A DNA stretch of 63,434 nt, filler included, from Octopus bimaculoides (GCF_001194135.2; 5 parts of 5 records of this genome joined end to end with filler, not necessarily neighbours in it); one strand, 5' to 3'; shown: positions 24,667 through 37,179, counted from the whole stretch's first letter. Notes: generated from the letters alone by a model not told the origin. Translations and numbers: made by a program.

Positions 24667-26735
24667 ATTAATACATAAGTAACATTTTTTATTTTTTACA
24701 CTTATAACAAGTATATCCCATTTCAAATCAAAGCTGTTTTTATCCCAAACTCGAGTTGAGTTATTTTATTTCTATTTCTAAAAGTGTGAAAGTGTGTGGA
24801 TAGTNNNNNNNNNNTTTTTTTTAAATTGAAATTTTACAAACAATTTTCTTTTCAGAATCATAATCTCCGTATTTTTCTATGTATTTCGCCAAAAAGAATT
24901 TCTGAAAAAAGTGAAAAATGAAGAAATTTTGGCGGAGGTAAAAATACGTACACCACTCGTTTTCGATGAAACAAAAAAACCTAATCGTAAAACTAACCTT
25001 AAACCCTAACCCAATCCTAAACCCTAAACCTAAACACCGGGTGTGCGTATTCTTTACTTTCGCCATATAGATTAAGGGGAAGTATGCAAAAATAAACATT
25101 ATTTTCCATCTTATTGTTAGTTTTGTTTCATTTTGCATAATAGACATTTATTTTATGTTTTACGGTTTATTATTGTTTAGATTTTGAATTGCATAGATAT
25201 AGGGGCACCAAAATCTTTTAAGTGCTTAGAATCTCTATGGATCTTGATCCGGCCCTGATTAAGGGGACAACAAAACAAACATTCCTGTAAAATTAATGAT
25301 ACAAACGTTTATGACAGATGGATACGCAGCAACATGCTTCCGTAAGAAATCCATTTTGTAAAAAGCTGAGAAGACTGAAAGCCAAATAAAAAGAACTTTT
25401 CTTTGCACTTACTGTTTAAAGGTTGCCGTTCCAACGAATGTCAAATCTTTTTTTATGAGCTTCCAAGAGTCTTGAATAAGTTGAATTTGTCGTGTGGTCA
25501 AATATTTGTTCAGTTGCCTGCTGTTCTGTCGGCGGTGATAAATGACAGAATTGATGGATATTCTATGTGGTCTTACTTCGGATTTTGTTTGCTGGTTCCC
25601 CATCTTCTCTCATTTATCTTCAAAATTGAAACTGCTGCAGCTAGAACACCATCTCCTGATAAACGTCTCTTACTCTGCCTCTTTGTTTACTGTTTTTACC
25701 CGTCGTACCTATCTTTCTATTAATCACTTCTCGTTTATTTTTCGCTCTATCTCTTTCTGTTTACGTAATGTAGCTAGAAAAATAACTCCACTACTTTTTA
25801 AAACTCGATAGCATTTAAAAAATATAAATAAAGAATAAAATATCGTTTTATTTTTATGACTTAAAACAGAGCAGCCTTGGTTGAAAATAATTCCTGCATA
25901 GTGTATGTCTACAACCAGACGTAAATCGTGTGCGTAATGCCTTTTAGATGGTTATCTGATGCTAAGAGAAAACAGTGAAAGTGACTGCAGTGGTGGAAAT
26001 CATGATGAACGGAGGGAGAGTAGTGTGGACAGTAATTGAAGACGGAGTAAGCGAGGGTGAGTGCACAGTGGAGGCGCCGGTATTTTGTACCCAGCGTGGG
26101 AAAAGTTCGGTCAGAAAACTATGAGGGTGGGTAAAGTAATATATCAAATTCTCAGTTTCAATAAATAAAATGAGACATGAAGGACTGCAAAATCTATTGC
26201 AGTAACGCAACAACAATTCTTTTGTTTCAGTGTTTTGCTACGAATGACGAACCCTTGAAAATCTGAGTTTTCAACACGTTCTCTATTCATGGCAAGGGAA
26301 TCTAAATTGTCTAATTAGTTGTTCATCATCGAATTCCATATATAGTCTGAATCATTCACAACTTAAAAAGCTAAGTTACAACCTGTGTAGCTTACAGTAA
26401 AATTTCAATTTTTCAAAAAAAAAAAAAAATTCGGGCCACCCAAAATGAAATGAAGAGCCAACTATCCACACACTTTCACACTTTTAGAAATAGAAATAAA
26501 ATAACTCAACTCGAGTTTGGGATAAAAACAGCTTTGATTTGAAATGGGATACACTTGTTATAAGTGTAAAAAATAAAAAATGTTACTTATGTATTAATCA
26601 GGGCCGGATCAAGATCCATAGAGATTCTAAGCACTTAAAAGATTTTGGTGCCTCTATATCTATGCAATTCAAAATCTAAACAATAATAAACCGTAAAACA
26701 TAAAATAAATGTCTATTATGCAAAATGAAACAAAA
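24667..26735. repeat. interleaved near-identical inverted duplication flanking the globin exon
   Basis: 24667-24837 matches the reverse complement of 26397-26598; 25121-25262 matches the reverse complement of 26594-26735. Confidence 0.9.
25413..25603 (-). CDS. globin, first coding exon (N-terminally extended; globin X/neuroglobin-like)
   Basis: Reads MGNQQTK...LTTRQIQLIQDSWKLIKKDLTFVGTATFK, i.e. globin A and B helices (LT..Q..LI..SW, G...F). Donor ca|gtaagt falls at position B12.2. Confidence 0.85.
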
Positions 26736-26972
26736 TCAATTTAGTTCAAATTAATGAATGAGACCCCTGTAAAGATACAAAATGTCGAGTAACTTAATCA
26801 GTGAGTTCAAATGCATGACCTTCGCTCAAATAGATGTTTCTCTTGGTAATAATCAGTCTTCAGATCATCTAGTTTCTGTCAATATGTCTCTGTCGTGAAT
26901 TTGAAACCACCAACATGGAGAAACTAGTTAGTCTCCACGTTAATATAGGAAAGACTTATTATATTACAAATA

Positions 26973-28267
26973 TGTAGTGAAACTAACACCTCGATCGCCA
27001 TTACATACAAAACTACCTATCGCCATTAGATACAAAACTGCTATCGCCATTCTTCTCATTTAAATATAAACAAACGCGAGCGTAGCGGAGAACCCATTCC
27101 TTGTCATCACGTGACTGATTATNNNNNNNNNNTATAAACAAACGCGAGCGTAGCGGAGAACCCATTCCTTGTCATCACGTGACTGATTATTATTCGAAGC
27201 GGCAACTTCTTCGAACCGTTCCCGCCAGAACGCAAACTGACCAATCACGGCCCCTAATAAGGTCACGTGATAGTGTATTTTTCTAAAGCTCTCGGGAGCC
27301 GATAATTCGCTATAAATAGATCAACTCATACCCAGCAAATTCGTCTCGGTTCAGTTTCTCTTTGAGATCTGTTCCGTGTACCACACGACAGCAGCAGCAG
27401 TTCCAGCGACACATCAACAGCTTCGTCCAACGATGACCACCCACCGCCGTCGCCACATCAGCAACACGAGTCTACGACTACTGACCAGCATCATCGTCAT
27501 GACCAACACGATTCTACGATTACTACTAACCAGCATCAATCTCCACCAGCGTCTACACGACTTACTATGTACACTAAACTAAACCACCGCGGCACATCTC
27601 TCTCTTCGATTCTGTTAGGTTACTCAGCTTCACCACGNNNNNNNNNNNNNNNNNNNNNNNNNNNNNNNNNNNNNNNNNNNNNNNNNNNNNNNNNNNNNNN
27701 NNNNNNNNNNNNNNNNNNNNNNNNNNNNNNNNNNNNNNNNNNNNNNNNNNNNNNNNNNNNNNNNNNNNNNNNNNNNNNNNNNNNNNNNNNNNNNNNNNNN
27801 NNNNNNNNNNNNNNNNNNNNNNNNNNNNNNNNNNNNNNNNNNNNNNNNNNNNNNNNNNNNCTTCCAATTGTGTACTAAAGAACTGGTATAAATGCTCACG
27901 TGTTATTGACTCTCTTTCTATCTGCTGTAATAACTCGCATACACATACATGTATCACTCACATACACACTTTTCTTTGTACGACGGCCTGTCTTTGATTA
28001 TGTTATTATATGTCGCATTCACACTCACACTCTCACATACACATACATCTTTAACGCTACAATAAATATTTCTGTTATTCATCTAATACGGTTGTGGTCT
28101 CTCATTACTGGTCATCTATGTTATCGTAGCATAACATATTATTTGTATATCATCATTGATATATTATTTTGTGTTCGACCGTGTGACGCGTTTAAATAAA
28201 AGGAGTCCTCTGTTTTTCCATTCGTCACCATATCTCCTTTTATGAGTTCGCACGGTCGTTCCCTACA
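26973..28267 (+). mobile_element. solo LTR (Gypsy-like, 4-bp TSD)
   Basis: TGTAG...CTACA termini, AATA target-site duplication on both sides, TATAAATA near 27311, AATAAA near 28195, CpG-rich. Contains gaps. Confidence 0.85.
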
Positions 28268-29258
28268 AATATTTTAATCAAATCTGATAAAGAGCAAGAA
28301 AGAAAAATTAACAAAAGAATCTTATTCGCTGGATTCCAACAACCTCACTGATAACCAAGTCCTCCAAATGTAGCAATTTTCCCCATAATTCTGGCTTTTC
28401 CCACAGTGGTCTTGTGGCTTGTTGCTTAATGGCATGTCACATATCTTCATCGTCCTGTTAGTTTCATTCAAAATCCTCAGAGCAACTGGATATCAATTTA
28501 TTTGTTGTATTCATAGGGAGGGAAGTCAGTAGCATCTTTGCCAGAGGCTTGTTCAAGAGGGAAAATTTTGAATATAAAAGTTAGCAGACAAAAGTGATAG
28601 TAGTAACTTGCTCATGTTTTATTTTCTCAATAAGTTGTTATCCACACTAAAATACGATAGAATATTCAAAATAAATGGAAGTGTACAATGCACAGTGTAA
28701 AAATATACGATCTTAAAGATAGTGTATTTAGAATTTAAATTAGTTTTTATATATGGCAATCTTTCTTTATAAAATTGTAGAACATCTGATTTTAGAGATT
28801 GCTGTTGGTTATTTCTAACTCGAAATAACTAACATGAATGTCTTCCATCCATATTTGTATTTATGAGACACTGCATGGGCCTAATATGAGTTTTCTCCCC
28901 CCCCCCATTAATTTTCTCTGCCGCTTGTCTCCGTGTAAGTTGGACCTATTAATGTAAACATCTATATATTGGGTCATCCCATAAATATTGCGGTTTTTTC
29001 AATTGCATGAACTAAAAGTCGGAGGGAGACAGGATAAACTACTTGCATCAACTTGCTATAAGAGCAGGTAGTAATTTTACTTTGTCCTAATTCTTAGGGC
29101 AAGTCTTCTGCTGTTGGTACGTTATTGATATTTGCTTGGTTTACGTCTGGTGAGTTAAAGTTTGAATATTGGTTGAATTGCTGTTATTATTGTTGTTTTA
29201 TGCTGCTTTAGCAGCGGTTTAATGTTGTGCTGTCTCTCGATAAAATTGAGAGACAGCT

Positions 29259-30424
29259 ATGACCAAAAGTCATTTTTATTCGGACCTTAGTGGTTCTGAA
29301 TTGTCCTCTTCGGAGGAGGAGTTGGTTGCCGCAATTGGAAGGATGGACGATTTACTGAAGAAGAAGAGCTTCGCTGAGGCAGTGGAAGTCAAGAAAAAAG
29401 AAGTGAATCTAGCAAATATTAAAAGAAACGGGAAAATGGCATGCAAAGTAGGTGGTGATGTTAGGCTGTCACCACCCCAAGAGAAAATGCAAGAAATCAT
29501 TAGAAAGACAGTGACATATAAAGTCTACTCAGTACACAATAGAAAAATTGAGCATATGGAAGACGGAATCTTAGAAACGGCATTCTGTACAGTGTGGTCT
29601 GACATAACGTATTTGGCCAGAGGAAATAAGTTCAGAACTGTCATAGTCCACTACAGAACAGAAGAAATAGCAAAGGAAAACACAGTGAAAACATTAAAGA
29701 CAGATAAAGTGATCCTGTTACCGACTTATATGGGAAAAAGGTCGTCAAAGATAAGGTGGAGGGAATCTCACCAGAAATTGATGTGGAGTGGGTCGTGGCA
29801 GCTGTTCTCCTGGGAAGTGGATAAGAAGTAGCCGTCCTCCAAGCCACAAAAACGAACGGCTCGGTTTGGAAAGGCCAGACGTTAGAATTAATCGTACAGG
29901 CAGAAGGGGAAACACTAGAAAATTTTGCTGAGACGATATGGATAAGAGACCTAGGGTTGAAAGTGTGGGTGGAGGGCAGGACTCCACGTTGTTTTAAATG
30001 TGGTCAAAAAGGCCACATTAGAGCATACTGCCCTCAGCAGAAGTTGACAGAAGAAAGGACACTGGAAAAGCAAGAAGAGGAAAAAGGAAGAAAGAAAAGT
30101 TGACTGGAAAATTGTTGAAGGAAAAAGGAGCAGGATATTGTGAACCCCCAAACCTTATCCAACCCACCCATACCCTTTGTGACCCACCCCTCCCTACAAA
30201 CACAGAACCCTCCCTTCCCTCTCCCGCACAGGCAAAAAGGAAAAAAGAAATGCATGCACAACAAAAAACAAAATGTTTCACTCCCCATGAAGTAAATTAT
30301 GTGTATATTTTGTCAAACAAAGAAAATACGGAATTGGTCCAAAAGATAACAGGCTGGAAAACAGCTAGATTTGTGAACACAGAAAGATACCATGAAAAAG
30401 TAGTGTGGCACATGTGCGTTCTGA
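29259..30424 (+). pseudogene. retroelement ORF1/gag-like remnant with CCHC knuckle (copy 1)
   Basis: SFAEAV N-terminus and PRCFKCGQKGHIRAYCP at about 29990-30035; frameshifted. Confidence 0.75.
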
Positions 30425-31041
30425 NNNNNNNNNNNNNNNNNNNNNNNNNNNNNNNNNNNNNNNNNNNNNNNNNNNNNNNNNNNNNNNNNNNNNNNNNNNN
30501 NNNNNNNNNNNNNNNNNNNNNNNNNNNNNNNNNNNNNNNNNNNNNNNNNNNNNNNNNNNNNNNNNNNNNNNNNNNNNNNNNNNNNNNNNNNNNNNNNNNN
30601 NNNNNNNNNNNNNNNNNNNNNNNNNNNNNNNNNNNNNNNNNNNNNNNNNNNNNNNNNNNNNNNNNNNNNNNNNNNNNNNNNNNNNNNNNNNNNNNNNNNN
30701 NNNNNNNNNNNNNNNNNNNNNNNNNNNNNNNNNNNNNNNNNNNNNNNNNNNNNNNNNNNNNNNNNNNNNNNNNNNNNNNNNNNNNNNNNNNNNNNNNNNN
30801 NNNNNNNNNNNNNNNNNNNNNNNNNNNNNNNNNNNNNNNNNNNNNNNNNNNNNNNNNNNNNNNNNNNNNNNNNNNNNNNNNNNNNNNNNNNNNNNNNNNN
30901 NNNNNNNNNNNNNNNNNNNNNNNNNNNNNNNNNNNNNNNNNNNNNNNNNNNNNNNNNNNNNNNNNNNNNNNNNNNNNNNNNNNNNNNNNNNNNNNNNNNN
31001 NNNNNNNNNNNNNNNNNNNNNNNNNNNNNNNNNNNNNNNNN

Positions 31042-32090
31042 CGGAGGTGTCCGATTCTGAGCAGTCGACATTCCATCGACCACTAAGAAGGAAAAGAAAG
31101 CAAGGCTAGATAGAAGCTTTGCAGAGGTGGCAAAAATATCGGAGTACAATATAGAAAGGAACGAGTGAAAGGAATATTCAAAAATGATGAAAAGAGAAGG
31201 AACTAATGTGGAAGTGGCAGCCCCAATGGATTTTATCATTAATAGAATGGAATGTACAAAACACATTCAGTGGACGCAGGAAGAATAAACGGAATGACGA
31301 CGAATCAAGTAGAGAAAGCAACTAAGGCCAGTCTGGAAGGAAATCAAATATCTAACCAGAGGGAGTAAATTTGGAACAGTTGAAGCTCAATTTAAGGATG
31401 CAACCGCAGCAAATTTGAACGCGGCAACAATCTTAAAAACTGATGAAGTGGTGATGTTGCCGATATATCGTGGAAGGCGTGCCATAAGGGTCAACATAGA
31501 CGGAATCCCCCCTGACGTCGACATGGCCTGGATAGCAGTCACAGCCTTGTTCGGCAACGAGGAAGAGATAGCGGTTCTCCAGGCCACTAAGGCGGAAACA
31601 AGAAACTGGAAAGGACAATCCCTAAACATGGTGATACAAGGACCGAAGGAAATAATAGAAGAGTTGTCAGAAACAATTGCATTTGACGGTGTAATAATGG
31701 TAGTTGGAGTAGAGGGCAGGATTCCCAGATGGTACAAGTGTGGCGAGAAAGGCCACATTAGAGCAAACTGCCCTCTACAAGACAAAAAGAGAAAGGAAGA
31801 ACCGGCAAGAGAAAAGGAAAAAATAACACCACCACCACCAGCAGAAACAGAAGAAGAACGCGGAACAGAAGGCGAATGGGTGACACCAGGCAAGAAAAGG
31901 AAAAGATAAAGGAGGAAACCAGGTAAAATAAATAAATACAGAACCCCACCCACACCCTCTTCCTCCCACCCGCTCCCTACAAACACTAAACTTCCCCACC
32001 CCCTCAAACACAAAAACAAATACAATCAGACACAAGCCGTTCAACCTCCCCACCTATTATGTATGACAATACTAATAAGGACCTGTGTGA
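31042..32090 (+). pseudogene. ORF1/gag-like remnant (copy 2)
   Basis: SFAEVAK, LPIYRGRRAIRVNIDGIPP and PRWYKCGEKGHIRANCP, followed by a K/E-rich tail. Confidence 0.75.
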
Positions 32091-33478
32091 AGAAATAAGA
32101 AAGTGGAAAAATATAAGTCTCATCCTGGAAAATCTGTAGAGCTCGACAGGGACGTTCTGAAAACACTGGTGGAACAAAATTTCATCATAACTGTTGAGGA
32201 ACTAGCAGAGAAGCTTGGATTTGGTCATTCAATCATTCATTGACACCTGTGTTCCATCGGCAAAGTCAGCAAATTGGGTCCATGGATTCCTCACAAACTT
32301 TTCGAGTCTAATCACGCGCAGAGAGTGAATGTGCGCTCTTGTTTACGATCACGTCTCGTGAATGAACATTTTTTGAATAGGTTCTCTGCAAAAAATGTCA
32401 AGTGCCGAAGACAGTGGGAAGGGAAAGGAGAAATACTGGCACCCCAGGCTAAAGAAAGTCTTCACCCACATAAGTTGCTGTTATCTGTTTGGTGGGATAT
32501 GAAAAGTTTAGTCCACTTTGAATTTTTAAATCCAAACCAAACGATAACAAAGGAGATCTACTGCGAGCAACTTCAGCGGCTTAAGTCAGCACCAGAAGAA
32601 AAACGACCATCTTTGGTTTCAAGACAAAAGGTGTTTTCCTTTCAGGATAATGCTCGGCCACATACAGCAAGAATGACATTCCAAACGCTGGAGCTGTTTG
32701 AATGGGAAATGATGCCACACCCACAATATTCGCTGGATATTGTCCCAACTGATTATCATTTATTCCGCAGTCTTTAAAATCATTTGAACGAAAAAAATAT
32801 GAATACTGTAGACGAACTCAGAACAGTACTTGAGGAGTATTTTTCGTTACGGAGAAGTGAATTTTGGGAGAGGGACCTTGCAAGTCTACCAGATAGGTGG
32901 AAGAGCATTGTAGAAAATGAATGAGTATATTTTAGATTAAAAAAGAACTGTCTTCATATCGAAAAATACAAGTATAAAAAATTGCACATTATTAATGGAT
33001 GACCCAATATTTATACTTAAATATTCATTGTCTGAAAGTCTCCACTTTTTGCTTTCTCTCATTTTGCGTGTATACATATAAATATGTCTTGTATTTCATA
33101 CCCAAGCTGTATTCTCTATATATATAGATATAAAATCCTTTCTAGTCTTATTATCTATATATATATCATCCTTTGTATTTCTGTTCCTAATGCATTCTCA
33201 AACGGCTCAACCAAATCATATCAAATTTTACATTGTAATACCATGACATGCCGTGAGTGTCAATATGTAATTTTGGGGGAATTAAAACACTGCAACATTG
33301 GCACTGGTTCCATATTACGTCTCAAAGCGCGAAGAATAAAAGTGAAACGTTCGACGGAGTAACAGTTACAAGTAGCTTAACTTTTACATTGTTTCACTTT
33401 AAATAGTTTCACAAGGTATATATATATACATGTATGTACACACAGACACACACACACACACACACACACATGCACACG

Positions 33479-33522
<44 letters not shown>

Positions 33523-33576
33523 CTCATATATATATATCTTTGTATATATATACTTATATATGTGTGTGTCTTTGCA

Positions 33577-34430
33577 TTATCATCATCATCGCTTAACGTC
33601 CATTTTCCATGTTGGCATGGGTTGGACGGTTTGACTGGCAAATCCGTAGGCTGTACCAGGCTCCAATCTGATCTGGCAAGGTTTCTACTGCTGCATGCCC
33701 TTCCTAAAGCCAATCGCCCCTAGAGTGTAGGAGATGATTTTTACGTGCCACCGGCACAGGAGCCAGTCAGGCGGCACTGGCATCGACCACGTTCGGATGG
33801 TGCTTTTCACGTGCCACCGGCACAGGGGCCAATCGGGAGTAAGGATGGTGCTTCTTACGTGCCACTGACACAGAGAGCCAGTCAGGTGACACTGGCATCG
33901 ACCCACACTTGCATGGTGCTTTTTGCATTCCACCAGCACAGGTGCCTGTCAGGCGGCACTGCCATCGGCCACAACTACAATTTCCATCTCGATTTCGATC
34001 TTGATTTGATTCTAATTTTGGTTTTGATTTTACTTGACTCAATAGGTCTCCTCAAGTGCAGCATATTGCCCGATGATTGAAGGGTACTTTTAAATGGGCT
34101 GGTTATGCGACACTGGTATAGGCAACAGCTGTGATATCACTTCACTTGCAAGGTCTTCTCAATCACAGCATATCTCTAAAGGTCTCGGTCTCTTGTCATT
34201 GCCTCTGTGAGGCTCCACAATCAAAAGTCGTGCTTCACCACCTCATCCCAGGTCTTCCTGGGCCTCCGTCTTCCATGGGTTCCTTCTATTGTTAGGGTGT
34301 GAAACTTCTTCACATAGCTCTACTCATAAATACACAGCACATGACCATACAAGCACAGTCGTCTCTCTTGTACACCACATCTGATACTTCTTATGTCCAA
34401 CATTTCTCTTAGGGCACTTACAATCTGTCG
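33577..34430 (-). mobile_element. 5'-truncated RTE-like LINE
   Basis: Homologous to 10965-11675, including the GRPRKTW-like remnant at about 34230-34280 and the (TGA)n tail. Confidence 0.82.
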
Positions 34431-34452
34431 TGTGTGCACACCGACATTACTG

Positions 34453-34487
<35 letters not shown>

Positions 34488-34689
34488 TATTTTGCTTAAA
34501 AGAGTTCCAACACTGTCTGTTTTTTATGTTTTATTTATATTCCTGCAGAACTAATGTGGGGTATAGAATATGGNNNNNNNNNNNNNNNNNNNNNNNNNNN
34601 NNNNNNNNNNNNNNNNNTTAATTAATTAANNNNNNNNNNNNNNNNNNNNNNNNNNNNNNNNNNNNNNNNNNNNCAATTCAACTTCTCTG

Positions 34690-35011
34690 GTTGACATTAA
34701 CACCCCCACACCCAATAGGGGCCTTCATTCCCACATTTTAGAGCTCCATGAGCTCTATTTTGCAGGAGCAAAATCTTTTTTACAGGTTCCAGAAGACTGA
34801 AATTTTGGAATATGCGTATAAAGATCAATAGTATGGGATACATGTCTCATGATTAGAATTTTTTTAGGGTGTGTAAAGAGGGAAAGAACCCTCATGTGCA
34901 ATTTTGATGAAATTCGAATCATATGTATTCCAGTTCCTTACAGAAAATATAACAGAAAAGTCTCATTTTTCAATTGCATGTAACACGGGCAACGCCGGGT
35001 ATCTCTGCTAG
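34690..35011 (+). mobile_element. non-autonomous Helitron-like 3' end
   Basis: GC-rich hairpin-like cgggcaacgccggg followed by tatctctgCTAG|T; the same terminus recurs at 36672-36699. The 5' boundary is approximate. Confidence 0.55.
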
Positions 35012-36079
35012 TATCTTATAAATAAGATATCGTGACAATCAGGCCTTTTACAAGAAGTTTAAACAAAGTAATGAAGGGAAAGGACTTCTGCTAGTGATTA
35101 GAAGCTAGTCATGGCCAAAGGCTCACTGTGAGTTTATTTCTAGTTTTACAGCATACAGCCTTCACTTGGGCCGTCAACCCCTCATGTCCCATTATGTTTA
35201 ATGATATGTTATAGATATCTATCTGTACCTGGGAAAACCCGTCCTTTACTGGTTTCAATATAGCTGATCTCTTTCAGAAAGAGAGAGTAAGAGGAAACGA
35301 GAGAGAGGGTGGAGAGAGAATGAGGAAGAGAGAAGAATCAATCCTAGTTCTAGACAGCTATTTACTCTATTGACACTTATATGCACTTGGTGTGATATTC
35401 TATCCGATAGTGATCATACAGGGTCTATCATTACTTTCCCTATACACATAGTTTCAATTCCACACATAAGTGCTACTCCTATCATACGACAATTTGATAT
35501 TTTCTCTGATATTTTTACTAAAATCTTTTATATTTTTTCTGGTATTTTTCTTGTTTTCCAATATTTTCTAACATTGTTTATATTTTAATATTTTGACATT
35601 GCTCAATATTTTGATACTTATTATATTTGTTTATATTTTTGATGTCACGTTTTATATCTAACATTGGGATACCACTTTTAGTCAAAGAAACTGACCCCAG
35701 GACTTATTCTTTGTAAGTCTAGTACTTATTCTATTGGTCTCTTTTGCCGAACTGCTAAGTTTCAGGGACATAAACACACCAGCATCGGTTGTCAATCGAT
35801 GGTGGGGGAGACAAACACAGACACAAAGACACGCATACATAAATATATATACATATATATATATATATATATTTACATAGTGGGCTTCTTTCAGTTTCCA
35901 TCTACCAAATCCACTCACAAGGCTTTGGTTGGCTTGAGGCTATAGTAGAAGACACTTGCCCAAGGTGTCACACAGTAGGACTGAACCCAGAACCATGTGG
36001 TTGGGAAGCAAACTTCTTTACTTCAATATTTTTGCCATAATTTCCTGAGTCCTAATTTCCTTTTAGTCTCTGTTCCAGT

Positions 36080-36600
36080 TCCACTATTGCTCCATGACTG
36101 CACTCTCTTGTAACCTTTTCTACCGGGGAGGGGTCTTCTAAATTCTGAGGTGTCTGCTCTTTTTTTTTCCTGTGGCGTAATTGGAGTAGGTGGGTTTGGT
36201 GTCTGTATGGGGAGGGTGGGTCTGAGTGGTCATGGGTGGGATGAAGTTGGACTGGGGTACCACATCACACTCAGGGTTCCTTCTTCTTTTCTCTTCTTCC
36301 GTCTACTCTCTGTTACTCTCCATTCTTTCTCTTTTTCCTCCTTTCCTCCATCTGTCTTTTCTTCCTCCCTTTTCTCTTCTGTGTCCACAACTGTTTCCTC
36401 TGCTATTGTCCTCTGTAGAGGGCAGTATGCTCTAATGTGGCCCTTTTGGCCACATTTAAAACAACGTGGTACTCTGACCTCTACCCACACTCTCAGCACA
36501 ATTTCCCCCAATGTCAGTCTCTGCCAAACTCCCCAGTTGTCCCTCCTCCGCCTGTTTTATTAGTTCTAGTGTCTTCTCTTTCGACCCTCCTTCTTCCGTT
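36080..36600 (-). pseudogene. ORF1/gag-like remnant (copy 3)
   Basis: LRVWVEVRVPRCFKCGQKGHIRAYCP plus a K/E-rich tail, homologous to 29950-30150. Confidence 0.75.
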
Positions 36601-37179
36601 TCTGTGGCTTTAGCATGGTCACAGTCACATGACCGAAACAAGTAAAACAATAAAAAACTGACATTTTAACCCCGAGCAAGGCCAGGTATCTCTGCTAGTA
36701 CTGGTATAAAATCCATCCTTTACTTGGGGTGTTGATAACAGTGTTCTTTAAAACACTTGAAAATTTTCTCTGAGCACTTTTCTAATTAGAATGATTAACA
36801 AACCATCAGGTCTTAATTCTAACCCTCATACATAATATTCATATAATTATCTTTAACTTTAATATATCATTCTCAATACTAAAAGAATGGATTATCTAAT
36901 TGTTTGAAGGGGTTTCACTCTTGTACTTCCTCATTCCTATTATATTTTTTCTTTTAATTTTTAGTTCTTTCACCCTAAATTTTAGAGTTTCTTCATTCTT
37001 AATCTTTAATACTTTATTTGTGAGTTTTGCCTCTAAATTTAATTTCAGTTGGTATTAACTCATTAACTACTAATCCTTCACACAGCTTCATTTATTTCTA
37101 ACTACATTTTAAGGGAATCAGAACTGAGAGTGCTTTTCCTGTCAACGATGATGATGATGCAATGACAACAACCCTTTCT

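Larger units (their letters stand above)
28969..33007 (+). mobile_element. mariner element interrupted by a retroelement ORF1 insertion
   Basis: TA-ttgggtcatcc TIRs at both ends; transposase remnant at about 32100-32930 (GPWIPHKL, LLSVWWD, FQDNARPHTA, YSLDIVPTDYHLFRSL). Confidence 0.8.

Noticed and set aside
27060-27190. 58-bp direct repeat
   Set aside because: Identical copies on either side of a 10-N gap indicate an unmerged contig overlap.
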